From Hydrolagus colliei (Eukaryota): 64,000 nucleotides of DNA. Each line of letters starts with the position of its first letter. The stretch's first letter is position 1. Under the pieces are notes generated by a model. The model saw only the letters and a list, made by a program, of their open reading frames with translations. It searched no databases and was not told where the DNA came from. The position numbers and the translations under genes were made by a program. Of this stretch, positions 56,878 to 64,000 are shown piece by piece. The stretch lies in the NCBI GenBank assembly GCA_035084275.1, contig CM068773.1, positions 1,798,001-1,862,000 on the forward strand, given 5' to 3'.

Positions 56878-57275
56878 TCACCTTCAAAGCTCTCCATGGC
56901 CTCGCCCCACCTTACCTTTGTGACCCTCTAACACCGCACTAACCTGTCTGCACCCTCTGCTCAGTGGGCTCTGGCCTGCTCCATGTCCGCCGACCCATCC
57001 ACCCCACCATCGGCAGGCGAGCCTTCAGCCACTCTAACTACTGGAAATCCATCCCGCAGTCCCTCCACCTCGCCCCCTCCCTAGCCTCCTTCAAGTCCCA
57101 TCTCAAGACCCTCCTCATTGATGGTCTCATCAGTCACCCCAAATCCCCTCCTTTCCCTCCATCCTACCAATTCTGATCCCAGTTTGGGTCTGAAACACTG
57201 ACTGTCCAGTGACTTTGGACATCCTCCCAATGTGAAAGGTGCTATATGTATAGTTTTGTTGTTGTTGTAGTTGTA
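56878..57275 (+). mobile_element. L2 LINE 3' fragment
   Basis: PTIGRRAFS...SFKSHLKTLL; (TTG)n tail. Confidence 0.72.
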
Positions 57276-57774
57276 TTGCCAGCATGTATGGGTGGGAGCA
57301 ATGCATGTATGATATGCGGGTTGGGATACAGTGTCTGTATGTATATAGGATAGGGTATTGCAAGTGTCTGCATCGGTGGGGGTGTGGGGAGAGGGGATTT
57401 TAAGTGTGGGATATATGTGTTGTGGTAGGAATAGGTGTTGATTTCCTCAAGATTGGGTCTGAGAATAGGACCAAAAGGTAAAAAAAAACGAACTTGTCTT
57501 GTCATCCAATTCCTTGTGTTAACCCACGAGAGTAGCACAAGACGGCATATTTTTCAAATATAAATCCCCAGCAAGATCAGAGTGTGAAAGATTTAATCTT
57601 ATTCTTGCCTGCTTCCTTGTGTTAGTACATTCATTCATAAGAATGGTAACAAATAGCGAGAAACAACATGGAATTTTCGAAGCAGTCAACAATGGCAACA
57701 AAATTCACACAATGTTTTGACTATGCTCAACCAACCACAATTTAACCTCGTGTGATAATCATCATAATAATCTA

Positions 57775-58090
57775 ACAATAATCCTTACATTTGATATAGC
57801 ACTTATCACATCTTATCACCGTCTCAAAGCGCTTCAGAGAATATACTGTAAAGTTAATTGACTGTATATTTGTGGGCTATATGTGGCAGCCAATTGTGTA
57901 CAGTATTGTCCCACAAACAGTCGTGGATTGAAATGATCAATTTTATTATTGTGTTTTTTTGGGGGGACGGATTATCATTAGGCGTGTGGAGGAAGGAAAC
58001 TTGTTCAAGGTTTCACCCTGATCTGCCTGGATTCGAACACAGGTCTCACGCTTGTAAAGCAAGTGCTCTAACCACTGAGCTACAGGAGCT
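57775..58090 (-). mobile_element. tRNA-derived SINE
   Basis: Minus strand TAGCTCAGTGGTTAGAGCAC...GTTCGAATCCAGGCAG. Confidence 0.78.
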
Positions 58091-59159
58091 ACATCATCAC
58101 CAGTAATAATGTGCCACATCACATGGCACCTCTTACAAACATGTGGTGCAAGTTAGATCAAATCAAGCTAAAAAAAACTTGGGGAAACACACAACTGACA
58201 AAATCTAAGCAAGAGCTGCTAGAATTAAGGTACCAGTAAACCTTAAAATCAGGAGTAAGAAATTAGAAGGTAGCATGATGAATGTTGTCGGCGTGTGGAG
58301 GGATTTCAATTAAACGTATAAGGTTGTGTTGCTTCAAACATAGCAGTAAATCTTTGCAAGCTAAAAGCATAGTCGTAGCCAAAATAGCGTAACTTCATTC
58401 CAGAGAGATGAACTGCTATTGACTGTTTGCCCACCTCTTTTCACCTCTCCCCAACACGCTCCACAAAGCAACATGTGTATTTAAGTGAACATAAACACTG
58501 CTTACTGATTTCTGAAGAAGGACACATTTAACCTGAACACGTCTGTGATTTGTGTGTCTGTCTGTGATAATAATCCTAGAATTTGATAAGGCGGCTTATC
58601 ACGTCATCGAGAATGTCTCCAAGAGTTTTGTAAGATTTACTGCAAAGTGACTGTTGTGTGAGAACATGGCAACCAACTTGTGCACAGCAATGTCCCACAT
58701 ATAGCCATGAATGACCAATTTTAACTGGGAGATTATTAGTGAGGGCTCTGTGTGCATATGTGTCAGACTGCATTGTGCGACATACTTTTCATTAAACATG
58801 ATGTACAGAGACTTTTTTTTTATTACATGTGCATTAGTGGGTATATGAATTGTGTACTACAGATTTTGTTTCCGCCAAATTATACAACAACAACAATTTA
58901 CATTTATAGAGCGCCTTTCACGTCGGGAGGACGTCCCAAGGCACTGAACAGGAGGCGTGTGAATACAATGTAAATAACCACAGCAGAATAAATGAAGAAG
59001 CAGAAACGGCAAGGTAGATTGAAGAAAATCACAGTTCAGCAGGCACCAATAAAGAATCCAGCCACAAATATCAAACAAAAATAGACAGCATTGGATAACG
59101 TTTAGGTGGGTGGGCAGAAGGAAACAAGTAAAGCAACAGGGAAAGGTGAGCTCATTCCT

Positions 59160-59425
59160 ATTCCCATTCCACAGGTCGGTAATCCGGGGACAGCGATTTA
59201 AAATCGTTGTTAAAAGAAACAACAGCAACAACAACAACAACAACAAAATTATATTTATAGAGTGCCTTTCATGTCGGGACGACGTCCCAAGGCGCTGACA
59301 GGTTTGCAGAGCCTATGGACAGAGAGCGGAGGAGTGGGATGGATTTGAATAGCTTTTCAAAGAGCAAGCACAAACATGATGGGCCAAATGGCCTCCTTTT
59401 GTGCTGCATAATTCTATGATTCTAC
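59160..59425 (+). mobile_element. Old CR1 3' fragment interrupted by an inverted L2/SINE tail
   Basis: GGGCCAAATGGCCTCCTTTTGTGCTG...ATTCTATGATTCTA tail; (CAA)n insert at 59218-59300. Confidence 0.6.
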
Positions 59426-59769
59426 TAGTTAAAAATGCTGCATAATGTGGAAAGTCAAATTATGGTAATGTCTTATTGACTTTTGGGTCAATTGATAATC
59501 CAGATCATTACTTGTGGTTTAGTGACTTTAGACAATTACTCAGCAGTGTATAGTTTTACTGGTTCAGAGGTACATAATATTAATGTCAAAACGCTTCACA
59601 AGATTCTCTGTGAAGTGCAGTAATCTATAGGCAAACAAGGCAGACATTTTGAGCACAACATGTCCCACAAATAGCCATTAAGTGAATGATCTAAGTTTTT
59701 TATTGTGAGGATATCAGGTCATACTCCCTTCTCTTTACGAATAGTACCAAGGAATATTTAACATCCATC

Positions 59770-60145
59770 TGAACAACAACAACATTTGTTTGTATAGTAC
59801 CGCACTCACACAGGGAGGCATCCTAGAGTGCTTGACAGTGGCAGAGCAGCAGGATTCCTGGCGGGGGGGAGGCACAGTTGAAGATCTTCAGGTGCAACTT
59901 GAAGATAGTGAAGTAAGTAGGCAAGGCGGAGTGATACAGGAAGAGTGTTCCAGTGTTTTGGACCATTGATGGTGGAATGGAGCGCACGAGAGACATGAAG
60001 AAGGCCGGAGCCAGCTGGGTTGGAGGGATAAGCAGGTCGGAGAGGTAGGGAGTTGCCAGGGCATGAAGGGATTTGAAAACGCGTGTGAGGATCTTGAAAT
60101 CTATCATTTTGGTGATGGGGAGCCAGTGAAGCCAGGCAAGAACTG
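59770..60145 (-). mobile_element. L2 LINE 3' fragment
   Basis: LAWLHWLPI...FKILTRVFKSLHALATPYLSDLL. Confidence 0.7.
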
Positions 60146-61784
60146 ATATGAAGGTGGTACGGAGTTTAGTATGTGGGCATGTCTTATCTAAGGATGATAC
60201 CTCTGACAATGCAATGGACTCCCAGCAGTGCATCAACCCCAGTTCTTGACTATTTTCGAACATTTTTCAATTCAAAGCAACTTCCAATAACCCCAAATAA
60301 ACAGTCGAGAACTAGTTTACTGATGGAGCTTTCTGCAATCTGATTTTATCTCATAGTCATAACCGTACAAGATTTCATTAATTCAAGATGTTTTCCTGCA
60401 TAATACACTCCTCAGTAAATTACATCATTCTTATCTGATTATCATTGCTTTCCTTCCTTCCACCCTGCTGTGGTGCTGGATTTGCACTCATTGTACAAAA
60501 ATAGGATCTGATACTTTCATACTGAGCTGCTCATATAATGAGCTAATCATATATTCGTCCACAAAGCTTTGCAATTCAAAGCAAGCAATAAAAAGGTGCA
60601 ACTGATGAACTAGATTTAATGATACAAATTAGGAATGCAGGAAAACCTACAACAGGTCGGCAACTAGTTTCTAAAGGAGAAACCTTTAGATCACTCTCTA
60701 TGCACAAAATAGAGACCTTTCAATATTTTGTTCAAATTCCTCCAGGAATAAAACCATTCTATTTGTGAAGAGTTGAGTTCGGAAGGGCATGATGTTGTTC
60801 TTACAGCGGTGTGGCAGATTCATCATTGCCTCATATTGGTTGCTTGCAGTGGGCTGACTCATAAACAGGAAAACATACTGCAATCATTACTTCCCTCTTT
60901 TTACTGTAGCTCCCTGAACTGCTGTTCTGCCCAGTCCCAATTTACTCAATCCAATTTTGCAAGTTTAATTTATAATGAATTTCCTCCAGTTAACTCTTAA
61001 TTCATGACTGTATGATAACCAGATTGGATTAGAGATGACTGAGCCACTTCATAGATCTGTGGTGTTTGTGTAGTTTAATTAAAATGTAAACAAACACTGC
61101 ATTCATTACAATAAAACAACCCAACCAGTGTAAAAATGGAAAACTGCAGAATAGAGAAGAATAAACAATAAAAAATAGTGTGCCTGGAATAAAGATAAAT
61201 GAACTCTCATCGCAGGCACAAGTCACTTATGTCAATTTCTATACTGTGCTTATTTTCTCCATTTACACACCAACAACAGCAACTTGCATTTTTCTAGTGC
61301 CCTTTATACAGGATAGAGTCCTGGAGCGCTCACTTATAAATGGTTGTAGTTTTATTTCACAGATATGGACAGCCTTATTCTGAATAAGTGATCTATTACA
61401 ATCAAAGACAAGCTTCCTCTCTGTGACAAGTGATTCCTATGTTATCAACGGAAGCACTTGCCAAGTCCTGCACTAGACTAATTTTAAACTCATTACGCTC
61501 CTCAGGAATAGGCCCATTCCTCCACACTGTAATCAAACTATTTCATACATTCTACAATTTTTCAGTGTGAGCATGTGTGCAATGTGAAATTAGTATTAAT
61601 CCCATCCTTTGCCTTGTTCAAGGTTATCCTGCAAGTTCCTTAACTCTGAGCATTTTACTTATTAACACATACTAGCACAAACAAGAAATTCACAAAAGGG
61701 CAAACTGAACTACAGGTATTTTGCTGATTCCTGAATATTTTTATTTGGTTATTCAAAGTATAATATAAGTTCTGCCGGAAATCT

Positions 61785-62012
61785 GTAGTTACAAGCAAGA
61801 GACCCAGGTTTGATTCCTGGCAGGGCGAAACCTTGGGCAAGTGTCCTTGCTCCACACGCTTAATAATAATCTCTCAAGGAAAAAAACAATAATAATTTGA
61901 TCACTCAATTCATGACTGTTTGTAGCGGATTTATGCTGCTGTGTGCAACAACTGCTGCGTTTCGCTCACAAAATATACAATCAATTCACTTTACAGTATA
62001 ATCTGAGAACTG
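61785..62012 (+). mobile_element. tRNA-derived SINE fragment
   Basis: GGTTTGATTCCTGGCAGGGCGAAAC plus the shared core. Confidence 0.6.
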
Positions 62013-64000
62013 CTGCCAATATCCCAGTCACATATATTAAATTATTTGTACATGTGCTTAACTTACCACTCTGGATAACTCACGACTAAGCCTCCTTCTA
62101 TTGGAGAGTTAACAGGAGTTTAGTGCGCTCCAAAGCATATTCATCATTAATAGCATAACAAGGTACAAGCATTGATAAAGTTAATCTACTCTCAAAATGA
62201 AGAGACTCTCGAAGAGAAAGAGTACTCCCAAACAGGACTGGAAATTATAAAAACAAAATTTTCTGTTACCGTCCTCTTTTAACATTTAGAATGTCCACTA
62301 TTTATGTGTAACTTCAAGCTGAGCGTCTAGCTAACATGGGCACCAGCCCAAGGCTTATTGGAAATTTTAACGTGACCCACAGTGATCAAATCTGCCAAAC
62401 CACATCCCCCCAACATGTGTTTAATTAGTGTTTATGCAGCAGGATCACTAACCAGATTCCAATTCTTTAAACTTCATCCACAACAAATCTCATTGGATGC
62501 AAACCCCGCGTGCCCTCCCCATCACTCTTTCCCTGCATCGCAAGACCATTGGAACACTGCCAACAAATGGAAATGTGTCCAGATGTTTCTAAATGCAAGA
62601 CTGACGGGAGCTTTGAAACAATGTGGAAAATGACCATAGCTTCTCTGTCAGCCATCATGGTATTGCACACCCCTGAAATGGCCCCCATAGATTTTCTGTC
62701 CTTCATACATTTGCGAATGATACATCTCCTTCAAGATCTGCACTGACATGCTGTATGATGTAGCCAGATGACTGACACTTAAATTTATGGACAAAGTACA
62801 ACTGTTTAAATAATAAATACTTGCTCCAGTGCATCGATGTATTTAATCAATATGTGAAAGTAGCTACATGCTAACCATGACTTTATTTGTGTTGTCAACA
62901 TTTTACTTCAGGACTCACTGTGTAAATGAATGATAGCCCCATTAAAATAGGGTTAAAAGGATTAGTTACCGCTGACCTCACCGCGCATACCGGTATATGC
63001 TGAGCAAAACTGTAGGCACACACTGGGAGGATGGTAATCTGATCTCAGATCACCTCTAGCTTTCTAAGAGGTTTATTAATTGAGGTCATTATAAAGTACA
63101 CAGAACATTCTTGACGTGTAAAAAACAAGGCAAATTGCCAGCTTTTAGGTCATTTTCACTCCAGGAGATATTTATAATTCACTGAACGTCACAAGCCCAT
63201 AAAGATAGTTGTTTTAGAAAAAGTGCATGTTTTCTTTAGTTATGTGAAACTCTTAGCATTGTTCAATTCATCCACTTTAGCTCAGCATTTTCTATCTTGT
63301 TTTCCACAAATCTTAAAATTGTTCCCGTCCTCTGCTTAAATCAAACTCTTCCAATAACCGGCAGCTACACTTCACACCGGAGGCAGTACTCAGATACAAT
63401 TACCATACCAAAAGGTTCAGTTCTTCAGGGAATACAGTAATATGTGATTTTCTTGCCCTTCTATCAATTATGCTGTAATCCAAAATGAAATCAAGTTGAC
63501 CAGTCTTCACTTTAAGATCTCGAGGGTTTTTGCTTAACTAATTTTGTGCCAGGCTGTGGTTATGTGGTGCAATTAAACAAAAATCATTGGAATTCATTGC
63601 ACATGAATGCTTTTAAATCAATTTTTTTTTACACACACATGGGTACCCCTGAAACTACCTATTTTTAAAAAGTAATATTACTGATCAGTACGATTAAATG
63701 CACACTTTATTCTTTTGCACTGAGGTCTATTGTTGGCACCTAGGTACATTACTTTAATTCCCCAAACTATTGCAACTACATTTTTTAAGACAGGGCACTG
63801 AGCAGCAGAAATGCAATCAGGTCTGGGTCACACACTTTTGATCACTGTTAAACTATGTTGAAGTGAACGAAAGCCAGATTCGACGGCACTGCTTCTGAAA
63901 TTGTTTATGCCAAGAGAGGCTAAAGTTCACCTGATTGCATAAATCATGCTTCTACTTCCTCAATTCAATCGTAACTGGAAAAGGTATGTGTGGATTATTG

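Overview
Repeat-rich vertebrate genomic DNA; the CR1/L2/tRNA-SINE/Penelope mix suggests a cartilaginous fish (inference). The first 21.3 kb is a head-to-tail array of four near-identical Tx1-clade non-LTR retrotransposons (ORF1 with three CCHC knuckles, intact 1134-aa APE-RT ORF2). Three junctions carry 15-30 bp of the same sequence (...TTGTGCCTTAGAGTG), which lies just before the ORF2 ATG of a CR1 LINE. This points to a sequence-specific retrotransposon that repeatedly targets another LINE. That CR1 (intact 928-aa ORF2) interrupts the 3' LTR of an internally deleted endogenous retrovirus (tRNA-Ser PBS; gag, IN C-terminus and env remnants). Further along are a deleted hAT element with an 8-bp TSD, a 1-kb solo LTR, a tail-to-tail CR1 pair, L2/SINE/Penelope/Tigger relics, and two exons of a secreted Kunitz-type protease inhibitor gene. 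Boundaries of old repeats are approximate, and family names come from motif recognition, not database searches.
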